Shown: piece after piece, positions 9,921-17,846 of the stretch | Layout of the letters: each line of letters opens with the position of its first letter | Numbering within the stretch: the stretch's first letter is position 1 | NCBI RefSeq assembly: GCF_000011805.1 | Contig: NC_006841.2 | Source of the DNA: Aliivibrio fischeri ES114 | GTDB taxonomy: Bacteria; Pseudomonadota; Gammaproteobacteria; Enterobacterales; Vibrionaceae | Length of the DNA stretch: 32,000 nucleotides | Direction: 5' to 3' (one strand) | Made by a program: the position numbers and the translations under genes | The notes under the pieces: model-generated | Databases searched by the model: none | Told to the model about the DNA's origin: nothing | The model's input: only the letters and a program-made list of their open reading frames with translations

Positions 9921-9975
9921 AAATGAATCATTCCTTTCCCTTTTGCTACATGAAAAAATCGTAATCATGATGTAA
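9921..9975. repeat. Right copy of the perfect 55-bp direct repeat (candidate attR)
   Basis: Identical to 1936-1990. Preceded by GGG (AAA at the left copy) and followed by CTCACTA (TAGGATT at the left copy). Confidence 0.95.
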
Positions 9976-10207
9976 CTCACTAATTTATAAATAAAAGATT
10001 TTATTTTTTAAAATAATGATAATGAGCACAAATTAATACTAGCAAGATGGTAACCTGTATGTCAGAATCCATCGCTTTTTTATGCTTGTTTATTAAGACG
10101 TTACATACAATTTATCTATTGATAGCATGATTTATCATTGTTGAAACCGTTAGTTTACGAGCCTTTTCAATATCTCAACAATGTAATCAATTATTGGAAT
10201 TTCTCAT

Positions 10208-12298
10208 TTGAAAATAGCTTTAAATCTTAATTTTGTTAGTAGTGCGCTATCAGGGTTAACCTCTGTGTTTAAACGTAAGAATTCGCAGTCTTCATCACGC
10301 TCTTACATTTATGATTTATCCGCAATTGCATTACTTCTTTTACCTCTAACGTTATCGAACGCAACCGCTGTTCTACTCGGGCATTTATTTAACTTTTTTG
10401 AATTTAAAGAACTTTCAAGCCTCCTTTTTCATTTATCGAATTTATTAATTAACATCTACCCACTCTCTTTTTGTGTCATTGCAGGGTATTACTTATCGCA
10501 CAAAACGACCTTTAGTAGCGCAACGTTTATCATCTACGCTTTAGCTCTGTTTTATCTGCTTTCAATAGAGAACGGTAGTTTATCTACGCCTTTCTATTTT
10601 CCTAATAACCCACTACTTGCTCTCTTAAGTGCTCTGATCACATTCATGTATTGCACTCGCTTTAATCTACAGCAACTAGAACCACAGGCTTTGGATTTTT
10701 CTTCTCGTTTGTTTAAGCACGTCTTCCACTTTTTTACTTTTATCAGCGCCGCCTTTTTATTGTCTAAATTGATGATGAAAGTCATTAATTACATGACGGC
10801 ATTAATCGGCAACATGAGTGCTGACCCTTTAACCTTTACTGGTGGGCTAATCTACCAAACCATTCTTGGGTTATTAGGCGCGATTGGCATTAATGGCCAC
10901 AACATGTTATTTGCCGTTAAACAGACCATCTATTCTGAAACTCAACAGAATATGGCGGATTGGGCAGCAGGAGAAGCAACGTTAAATATCATAAACCAAG
11001 GATTTTATGATGCGTTTATGTCAATGGGTGGCTCAGGGAACTCCATCAGTTTATTACTTTGTATTCTTCTATTTTCAAAAGAAAAAAATCATATTATGTT
11101 GGCTCTCGCAGCTTTCCCATTGGTAATGTTTAATATCAATGAGGTTTTGCTGTTTGGCTTACCAATCATCTTTAATCCATTACTGATCGTCCCATTTGTT
11201 GCGTTACCATTAATCAGTTTTTTAATTACTTATTTAGCTATTTTTTCAGGGGCAATATCTCCAGTCGTTAATATCGTTAACTGGATGACTCCACCATTAT
11301 TTAGTGGTTATGTTGCTATGGGAGAAAGCATAGAAGGCTCAATATTACAGCTTGTTATTATCATTGTAGGCATTTTTGTATATCGTCCTTTTTATCTTGC
11401 ATTTGCAGGGAAATACGCTCTCAATCACCCTGCGGTACTGAGTAATACGAATATAGAACAGTCGATTTTTAAAAGCCTATTAGATAACGTTAGAAGCTCA
11501 GCAGCGACGAGCTTAAAGCATTCTTCAACCCAGCAACGCTTATCGCGAATGCTGCACGAAGATGGCTTTGTAATGCATTATCAATTACTTCAATCTGTTG
11601 TTGAGAAAGACGTTATCTCTTTTGAGGCATTATTGCGCTATCAAGATCGTGAAGGCAATTTATGCCCGCCTACCTTTATTAGCGATTTCCAACTGCTTAA
11701 TATGATGCCAACACTGGATAAATTGGTTATTGATAAAGTCTTAACTGATATGCAGAAAATGGATCTCAACGAAGATCGACGTGTTGCTATCAATATTTCT
11801 GTCGCTTCCATTGAAGAACATGGTTTTGCAGAACACGTAATCGATCGTCTAAAGTTCTTTTCAATTCCACCACATTGGCTAGAAATTGAGATAACAGAAG
11901 AAGCTATTTTAAGTGATAACCATAATCTGCTAAGTACATTAGAGATCTTAAAGTCCCATGGAATTAAAATCGCTATGGATGATTTTGGAACCGGTTATGC
12001 TTCGTTCCCACATCTACTAAAATACCCATTTGATAAAATTAAGTTAGACCGCTCTTTGTTATTAGATGCTTCTACAACTAAAGGTAAACAGTTATACCAA
12101 TTAATCGCTCAAATGGGTGATGTAGCAAATTGTGAAGTGGTAGCAGAAGGTGTTGAAACTGAAGATGAATTTAAATTTGTTGCCGAGTGTGGTGTTGATA
12201 AAGTACAAGGCTTTTTGATTGCGCGACCACAACCGCTTTCTGAAGCGCTAAAATTAATAAAGCGCAACGATCAGATTGATACCAATCGTAATAAATAA
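10208..12298 (+). CDS. Membrane c-di-GMP phosphodiesterase: N-terminal PTS EIIC (lactose/cellobiose family)-like polytopic domain fused to a C-terminal EAL domain
   Basis: The N-terminal ~400 aa carry ChbC/CelB-type EIIC signatures: LLPLTL, AIGINGHN, GGSGNSISLLLCILLFSKEK, FNINEVLLFGLPIIFNPLLIVPFV. The C-terminal domain has an intact EAL motif set: EALLRY, INIS, EIEITE, DDFGTGYAS, KLDRS, EGVETEDE, QGFLIARP. The start is TTG at 10208 and there is no upstream in-frame ATG. An in-frame GTG at 10265 is an alternative start. Confidence 0.85.
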   Translation: MKIALNLNFVSSALSGLTSVFKRKNSQSSSRSYIYDLSAIALLLLPLTLSNATAVLLGHLFNFFEFKELSSLLFHLSNLLINIYPLSFCVIAGYYLSHKTTFSSATFIIYALALFYLLSIENGSLSTPFYFPNNPLLALLSALITFMYCTRFNLQQLEPQALDFSSRLFKHVFHFFTFISAAFLLSKLMMKVINYMTALIGNMSADPLTFTGGLIYQTILGLLGAIGINGHNMLFAVKQTIYSETQQNMADWAAGEATLNIINQGFYDAFMSMGGSGNSISLLLCILLFSKEKNHIMLALAAFPLVMFNINEVLLFGLPIIFNPLLIVPFVALPLISFLITYLAIFSGAISPVVNIVNWMTPPLFSGYVAMGESIEGSILQLVIIIVGIFVYRPFYLAFAGKYALNHPAVLSNTNIEQSIFKSLLDNVRSSAATSLKHSSTQQRLSRMLHEDGFVMHYQLLQSVVEKDVISFEALLRYQDREGNLCPPTFISDFQLLNMMPTLDKLVIDKVLTDMQKMDLNEDRRVAINISVASIEEHGFAEHVIDRLKFFSIPPHWLEIEITEEAILSDNHNLLSTLEILKSHGIKIAMDDFGTGYASFPHLLKYPFDKIKLDRSLLLDASTTKGKQLYQLIAQMGDVANCEVVAEGVETEDEFKFVAECGVDKVQGFLIARPQPLSEALKLIKRNDQIDTNRNK

Positions 12299-12359
12299 CG
12301 AGTCATTTTAGCTGGTTAAAGACTTGATAACTGCGTTAGAGTTTTTGCTTGTAGAGTAA

Positions 12360-12384
12360 AGGACTATTCCTCATAGTTCTTTTT
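12360..12384. terminator. Hairpin between convergent genes (probable terminator of the EIIC-EAL gene)
   Basis: AGGACTAT (12360-12367) pairs with ATAGTTCT (12373-12380), giving 8 bp including one G-U. The loop is 5 nt and a TTTT tract follows. It abuts the stop of the minus-strand DMT gene. Confidence 0.4.
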
Positions 12385-12385
12385 A

Positions 12386-13258
12386 CTACCACATAACTAG
12401 CACAGCAGCGATTGCTATCAATATTAACGCTAATATGTCTTTTCTTTTTATCCCCTCTTTTAACCAAAAGAAAGAAATCAACATAGTAAAAAAAACTTCA
12501 ACTTGACCCAAGGTTTTTACTAATGGCACCGTTTGTAATGACATGGCACTAAACCAACCAAGCGATCCAATAAAGCTAGCTATACTGGTCATAACAACCA
12601 ATTTAGGCTTTATAAACATCTCCTTAAGTGTATTTAAATCCCTGATTAAAAGATAAGAAACAAGTGCAATGGTTTGAAGTAGAATCACCAAGAATAAAAC
12701 CCAAGCGGCACGATGTGGAAATGGCAGTGATAAGGTTAAACTCGCCTCTCTTATCCACAATGACGTTAACGCAAAAGAGGTACTACACGCCAAACCTATG
12801 ATTGCCGTTTTGAATGAAATACTACGAAAGCCATCAGGACAACTTAATAAGAAGACAGCAACCGCGCCGATTGCCACCCCTAACCACCCAAATAATGATA
12901 AAGACGTGCCAAAGAATAAAACACCAAGAAAAGCAGACACAGGAGCTTCACTCTTTGCCAACCCTGCTCCAATGGCAAAGTTTTTCTGTTTAAACAATAC
13001 CACCATCAAGCCTGTGGCGATGATCTGCATTACTGATGCGCCAATAATGAAAAAATACGAATAAGCCGTAAAGCTTGGTAAATTAACAGGCTCAAAGTAA
13101 TAAAGAAGCCACAGATATATTGCTGCTAATGGACCGGCCCACAAAAATCGTGACAGTGTCACGCCCGTCACATTCAATTCTTTACTTAATCGGCTTTGAA
13201 ACGCATTCCGCCATGATTGGCTAAACGCGGCAAGTAACGTAAATAATATCCAACTCAC
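12386..13258 (-). CDS. DMT superfamily (EamA-like) inner-membrane transporter
   Basis: 290 aa with about 10 hydrophobic spans arranged as two similar halves. Size and pattern are typical of EamA/RhaT-type permeases. Substrate unknown. Confidence 0.75.
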   Translation of the reverse strand: MSWILFTLLAAFSQSWRNAFQSRLSKELNVTGVTLSRFLWAGPLAAIYLWLLYYFEPVNLPSFTAYSYFFIIGASVMQIIATGLMVVLFKQKNFAIGAGLAKSEAPVSAFLGVLFFGTSLSLFGWLGVAIGAVAVFLLSCPDGFRSISFKTAIIGLACSTSFALTSLWIREASLTLSLPFPHRAAWVLFLVILLQTIALVSYLLIRDLNTLKEMFIKPKLVVMTSIASFIGSLGWFSAMSLQTVPLVKTLGQVEVFFTMLISFFWLKEGIKRKDILALILIAIAAVLVMW

Positions 13259-13339
13259 ACATCATCCTTTATGAATCACTTCCTTTTCTCACATGATACA
13301 TAAGTGAAACTCTATAGATAGTCGTTGTGAGTGATTATT

Positions 13340-14206
13340 TTATACTTTTACCATCGCTCTATAATCAGAAGGGGTATAACTGGTTTTATTCTTAAATACA
13401 CGATAAAAATAGTTCACATCTTGAAAGCCACAACGTGTTGCTACCTCAGTTAAACGGAAGGTGTATTTCTTTAGCATAAACTTAGCGCGTTCAATTCTCA
13501 CCCATGTTATATAATCAGCCAATGTCATATGTCCTTGTTGTCTAAACATACGCGATAAATGGTTTGGTGAAATATTAAAACGATTCGCAATCGTGGTTCT
13601 ATCTATGCTTTTATGGAAATTCTCTTGAATATAAATACAGATACCTTGATACAAGTCCTCACTGCGCTTTTTAGGCGACACCGCTTCACTTGGCTCACCT
13701 AACATGGATTTACTGTAACTGAGTAACGCAAGAAGCAGATATTCGTCGATCTGCTTTTTGTTTGGTTCGCGGGCTAACGCATTTAGCGCTTCTAAAATAT
13801 TATCAATAGCATGACCTGTACGAGTCTGAATACTGTACTTTTGTACGTCGTAAAACCCCTCTTCCCCTTTACGCTTACTCACTAAGCTAAATCCAACTTG
13901 TCTGCGACCAAAGAGCAAACTAAGTACAGAGCAATCCTCACTCCAATCTGGCTTGTTCCAGCAGTTCGGTGGGATATACAAGGCGTCACCAGCCATGACT
14001 TTAACTTCAGTAATGCCAAATTCGGGATCTTCTATTTGATTTCGGTATTCACCACTAATCACCAATTCTAGACGAGGAAAGTTTACCTGATAACAACATG
14101 CGGGAGGCGTTACTTTATCTCCAGCAAACCAGATCTGATTAAAGCTTTCCCTCTCAGCCAACAAGGCCTCTAAAACGGTATTAAATACTAAATCCATGAT
14201 AACCAC
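13340..14206 (-). CDS. AraC/XylS-family transcriptional regulator, divergent from the PTS-manA operon
   Basis: The C-terminus has a double HTH (ISPNHLSRMFRQQGHMTLADYITWVRIERAKFML ... VATRCGFQDVNYFYRVFKNKTSYTPSDYR). The N-terminal domain is cupin-like. The true start may be Met4 (14197). Confidence 0.9.
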   Translation of the reverse strand: MVIMDLVFNTVLEALLAERESFNQIWFAGDKVTPPACCYQVNFPRLELVISGEYRNQIEDPEFGITEVKVMAGDALYIPPNCWNKPDWSEDCSVLSLLFGRRQVGFSLVSKRKGEEGFYDVQKYSIQTRTGHAIDNILEALNALAREPNKKQIDEYLLLALLSYSKSMLGEPSEAVSPKKRSEDLYQGICIYIQENFHKSIDRTTIANRFNISPNHLSRMFRQQGHMTLADYITWVRIERAKFMLKKYTFRLTEVATRCGFQDVNYFYRVFKNKTSYTPSDYRAMVKV

Positions 14207-14375
14207 TTTACGAAAATAACCGCATTTTTATCCACTTTAATAATCAAGTGCATGATTACTATTGATAAAAACAACAATGAGAAACACACCAAGCAATCAT
14301 GTAACTCTTTATTTATTAAATATTTTTTTGATTTGTACATTATAGATATTTCGTTTTATAAAAATAAGAGCTGAA

Positions 14376-14415
14376 TCACACTTGCTGACAGATGTTACAA
14401 TAATCCAGTAAATGT
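14376..14415 (+). promoter_or_regulatory. Conserved promoter/operator element, copy 1 (TCACACTT-N10-GTTACAATAATCCAGTAAATGT) upstream of the EIIABC-manA operon
   Basis: 32 of 40 positions are identical to 19022-19061, including an exact 22-mer containing a TACAAT -10-like hexamer. The 18-nt offset between the two sub-blocks is the same in both copies. It ends 82 nt before the ATG. Confidence 0.45.
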
Positions 14416-14497
14416 CTTTCTCGCACACTTACACAAAGCCCTTATTCCATTCAAACTGTCCCTACATAAGTAACCCATCATTAACAGGGAATATTTC

Positions 14498-16399
14498 ATG
14501 ATTACTGACTTAATCAATGAACAACTCATTTGTTTAAACCTGAAAGCTCAAACTAAAGACGACGTTTTTTCTGAAATGGCTGAACACTTGTTCCAACAAG
14601 GCCGTATCAGTGATAAACAACAATTTTTAGCGGATATCTACGCTCGTGAAGAGTTAGGAAATACCGGATTTGAAGAAGGCGTTGCCCTTCCTCATGCTAA
14701 AAGTGCGGCGGTTATTTCTCCTGCTGTAATGATTGGTGTTAGCAAAGAAGGCATCGAATACGGTGCTGAAGATGGTCTTCCATCTCGCCTATTCTTCATG
14801 ATCGCCTCACCAGCAAATGGTGCAGATCACCACATTGAAGTACTTGCAGAACTATCATCTAAGTTAATCGAAGACGGCTTTATTGAGAAATTCTTAAACA
14901 CAACTTCTTCAAAAATGGCACTTGAATTACTGCTTCAAAAAACTGACGAAGCAGAAGCTGTTGAAGCGAATAAAGGGTTCTTGATTGGCGTTACAGGTTG
15001 CCCTGCAGGTATTGCACATACTTACCTTGCATCTGAAGCACTTGAGAAAGGTGCCGCTGAATTAGGTTATCAAATCAAAGTAGAAACGAACGGTTCTATT
15101 GGTGTTAAAAATAGTCCAACAGCCGAAGAAATCGAAAAAGCAGAAGCGATCATCGTGGCTTGTGATAAGCAAGTGGATCTGAATCGTTTTGCTGGTAAAA
15201 AATTAATTCAAACTGGCGTAAAAGCGCCAATTAAAGATGCGAAAGGGTTAATTACTCAATCACTTTCTCAACCACCTTTTGTGGCTGATAACTCTAATGC
15301 ATCGTCTGAAACAAAAGACAAAGCATCACAAACTCGTTCTGATCTATACCGTTACCTAATGAATGGCGTATCTCACATGATCCCATTCGTTGTTACTGGT
15401 GGTCTATTGATCGCACTGGCTCTAGCGCTTGGTGGTCAACCAACAGAAAGTGGAATGGCAATTCCTCCTGGTAGCCTATGGAATAAAGTGCTTGATGTTG
15501 GTGTAGTTGCCTTTACTTTAATGATCCCTGTTTTAGCCGGTTACATTGCTTACGCTATTGCTGATCGTCCTGCTCTTGCTCCTGGCTTAATTGGCGGTTG
15601 GATTGCAAACAATGGTTCATTCTACGGTGCCGAAGCAGGTACTGGTTTCATTGGTGCTATCATCGCTGGTTTATTAGTGGGTTACTTCGTTAAATTTGTT
15701 GCCAACATTAACTACAACAAATTTATTCAACCGCTAGTTCCTATTATGATTGCTCCTATTGCAGGCTCTCTATTTATCTCAGGTCTGTTTATCTTTGTTA
15801 TTGGTGCTCCAATCGCAAGCTTAATGGATTCATTAACTGCGCTGCTTACTACAATGAGTACAGGTAACGTTGTATTGCTTGGTATCGTACTGGGTGGTAT
15901 GGCTGGCTTTGATATGGGTGGTCCATTCAACAAAGTAGCCTTCCTATTCTCTGTAGGTATGATTGCAAGTGGTCAAACTCAATTTATGGGTGCAATGGCA
16001 TGTGCGATTCCTGTTGCTCCACTAGGTATGTCTTTAGCAACCGTTATTGGTCGTAAATTCAATATCTTTGAAGAATCTGAAACCGAAGCAGGTAAAGCAG
16101 CTGGTGCAATGGGCTTAGTCGGTATCTCTGAAGGTGCGATTCCATTTGCAGCTCAAGATCCATTATCTGTTATCCCTGCGAACATGCTTGGTTCAATCAC
16201 TGCTGCAGTAATGGCTTTCTCATTTGGTATTACAAACAGTGTTGCTCACGGTGGTCCAGTTGTTGCGCTTCTTGGTGCAATGAACAAACCAGTACTAGCA
16301 ATTGCATGTATGGCAGCAGGTACTGTTGTGACTGCTCTAGTTTGTGTATCACTTAAAAAGATGCGCCAGAACAAAAATTCTGCTCCTGTAGCTGCTTAA
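14498..16399 (+). CDS. PTS fructose-family permease, domain order EIIA-EIIB-EIIC; possibly mannose-specific given the adjacent manA
   Basis: The EIIA(Fru/Mtl type) His motif is GFEEGVALPHAKS. The EIIB Cys motif is GVTGCPAGIAHTYLASEAL. The EIIC carries GGPFNKVA and GISEGAIPFA. The substrate call is context inference only. Confidence 0.9.
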   Translation: MITDLINEQLICLNLKAQTKDDVFSEMAEHLFQQGRISDKQQFLADIYAREELGNTGFEEGVALPHAKSAAVISPAVMIGVSKEGIEYGAEDGLPSRLFFMIASPANGADHHIEVLAELSSKLIEDGFIEKFLNTTSSKMALELLLQKTDEAEAVEANKGFLIGVTGCPAGIAHTYLASEALEKGAAELGYQIKVETNGSIGVKNSPTAEEIEKAEAIIVACDKQVDLNRFAGKKLIQTGVKAPIKDAKGLITQSLSQPPFVADNSNASSETKDKASQTRSDLYRYLMNGVSHMIPFVVTGGLLIALALALGGQPTESGMAIPPGSLWNKVLDVGVVAFTLMIPVLAGYIAYAIADRPALAPGLIGGWIANNGSFYGAEAGTGFIGAIIAGLLVGYFVKFVANINYNKFIQPLVPIMIAPIAGSLFISGLFIFVIGAPIASLMDSLTALLTTMSTGNVVLLGIVLGGMAGFDMGGPFNKVAFLFSVGMIASGQTQFMGAMACAIPVAPLGMSLATVIGRKFNIFEESETEAGKAAGAMGLVGISEGAIPFAAQDPLSVIPANMLGSITAAVMAFSFGITNSVAHGGPVVALLGAMNKPVLAIACMAAGTVVTALVCVSLKKMRQNKNSAPVAA

Positions 16400-16406
16400 T
16401 TGCTCT

Positions 16407-16445
16407 GACACTATTGACGACAATCCCCCTGTCGTTGATAGTGTC
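16407..16445 (+). other. Intercistronic stem-loop between the PTS permease gene and manA
   Basis: GACACTATTGACGACA (16407-16422) pairs with TGTCGTTGATAGTGTC (16430-16445), giving 16 bp including 2 G-U pairs. The loop is 7 nt (ATCCCCC) and is followed by TTTCTAGTTTT. Confidence 0.5.
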
Positions 16446-16470
16446 TTTCTAGTTTTATGACGAGTACATT

Positions 16471-17667
16471 ATGAACGCATTAAAACCTCAAACTTTTTAC
16501 CCAATGACCAACGTAATTCAAGATTATGCTTGGGGAAGTCACACTTCAATCGAAGCCTTATTTGATATAAAAAACAACACAGGTAAACCTCAAGCTGAAC
16601 TTTGGATGGGTGCTCATCCTAATGGTTGTTCTGCGGTTACTGTTAATGGCGACTCTGTTCTTCTATCTGATTTAATCAATCAAGATAAAGAAGCTTTTTT
16701 ATCAAAAACAACAGCTGATGCCTTTGGTGAATTACCGTACCTTTTTAAAGTACTGGCAGCAGAAAAAGCCCTTTCTATTCAAGTTCACCCAAATAAACAA
16801 CAAGCGGTTGATGGGTTTGAAAAAGAAGAAAAAACAGGCATTGCCCTAACGGCTTTCAATCGTAACTACAAAGATAACAACCACAAACCTGAATTGGTTT
16901 ACGCATTAACTGACTATAAAGCGATGAACGGCTTTAAAGATTATCAAGAAATCGTCTCTTTGTTCTCTGCAATGCAGCTTCCAACTATTGCATCTTATGT
17001 TGATGACTTAGCTCAGGAACCAAATTCAAACGGTTTACAACGTTTCTTTAAAGCAATTCTTTCTTTAGAAAATGAAACCAAAGAGCGTGCTGTTGCTGAA
17101 TTACTGGATTACGCATCAAACAGCACTGATGAGCTATTTGTGCTGCTTCAAGATCTTGCGATTCAATACCCGAATGACGTGGGTTTATTTGCTCCACTTA
17201 TGCTTAATGTTATTACGTTAAAACCAGGTGAAGCAATGTTCCTAAGCGCATGTACACCGCACGCTTATATTCATGGAACAGGGTTAGAAATCATGGCAAA
17301 CTCTGACAACGTATTACGTGCAGGGTTAACACCTAAATACATGGATATTGATGAATTGATGTCTTGCACTGAGTTTGTAAGCCAACCGCTTTCATCATTA
17401 CTTACTCAACCAAATACGGTTGATGGTGGTATGAGCTACCCTATCCCTGTTAATGACTTTAAATTCTCAGTATTTACCGCAACAGATGCGTTAACGCTAG
17501 AAACCAACAGCGCAGAAATCTTATTCGCTATTGATAGTGATTTAACCTTAACTCATGAAAATGGGGAGTCGGTAACAATAGCAAAAGGACACTCTGTTTT
17601 TGTTCCTGCTTATGCAAAACGTTACTCGTTAACCAGCAGTGGTAACGTAGCGAGAGCGTATAACTAA
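16471..17667 (+). CDS. manA: Mannose-6-phosphate isomerase, class I
   Basis: 398 aa with type I PMI signatures: YAWGS, ELWMGAHP, LSIQVHPNK, HAYIHGTGLEIMANSDNVLRAGLTPKY. Confidence 0.93.
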   Translation: MNALKPQTFYPMTNVIQDYAWGSHTSIEALFDIKNNTGKPQAELWMGAHPNGCSAVTVNGDSVLLSDLINQDKEAFLSKTTADAFGELPYLFKVLAAEKALSIQVHPNKQQAVDGFEKEEKTGIALTAFNRNYKDNNHKPELVYALTDYKAMNGFKDYQEIVSLFSAMQLPTIASYVDDLAQEPNSNGLQRFFKAILSLENETKERAVAELLDYASNSTDELFVLLQDLAIQYPNDVGLFAPLMLNVITLKPGEAMFLSACTPHAYIHGTGLEIMANSDNVLRAGLTPKYMDIDELMSCTEFVSQPLSSLLTQPNTVDGGMSYPIPVNDFKFSVFTATDALTLETNSAEILFAIDSDLTLTHENGESVTIAKGHSVFVPAYAKRYSLTSSGNVARAYN

Positions 17668-17668
17668 A

Positions 17669-17780
17669 GGGTCTAGGGTCTAGGGTCTAGGGTCTAGGGT
17701 CTAGGGTCTAGGGTCTAGGGTCTAGGGTCTAGGGTCTAGGGTCTAGGGTCTAGGGTCTAGGGTCTAGGGTCTAGGGTCTA
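17669..17780 (+). repeat. Perfect heptanucleotide microsatellite (GGGTCTA)x16
   Basis: 112 bp in 16 exact units, starting 2 nt after the manA TAA and ending 7 nt before the terminator hairpin. Stop codons occur in all six frames. Confidence 0.97.
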
Positions 17781-17787
17781 GCAGAAT

Positions 17788-17821
17788 GCTGGCTTAGCGT
17801 TGTCGTTAAGTCAGCTTTTTT
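17788..17821 (+). terminator. Rho-independent terminator of the manA operon
   Basis: GCTGGCTTA (17788-17796) pairs with TAAGTCAGC (17807-17815), giving 9 bp including one G-U. The loop is 10 nt and a T6 tract follows. Confidence 0.7.
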
Positions 17822-17846
17822 ATGCCCGCAATATTCATTATTGTCG

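Larger units (their letters stand above)
1936..9975. mobile_element. Putative integrated genomic islet (about 7.9 kb) bounded by 55-bp direct repeats; cargo is a giant STAND NTPase plus a small partner; no recombinase gene inside
   Basis: Perfect direct repeats at both ends. The insert sits between the gcvP terminator and the next housekeeping-type gene. Its contents are two co-oriented genes and about 0.9 kb of AT-rich non-coding DNA. No integrase- or transposase-like ORF and no terminal inverted repeats were seen. Confidence 0.5.

Noticed and set aside
14371-14385. Possible CRP site around the TCACA in the shared promoter element
   Set aside because: Only the TCACA half-site is present in both copies. 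The expected TGTGA half 6 nt upstream is absent at both loci.
17669-17780. Tandem repeat considered as a CRISPR array or as coding repeats
   Set aside because: The unit is only 7 bp with no spacers, and stop codons occur in all six frames. It is a microsatellite, not a CRISPR array or a repeat-protein gene.
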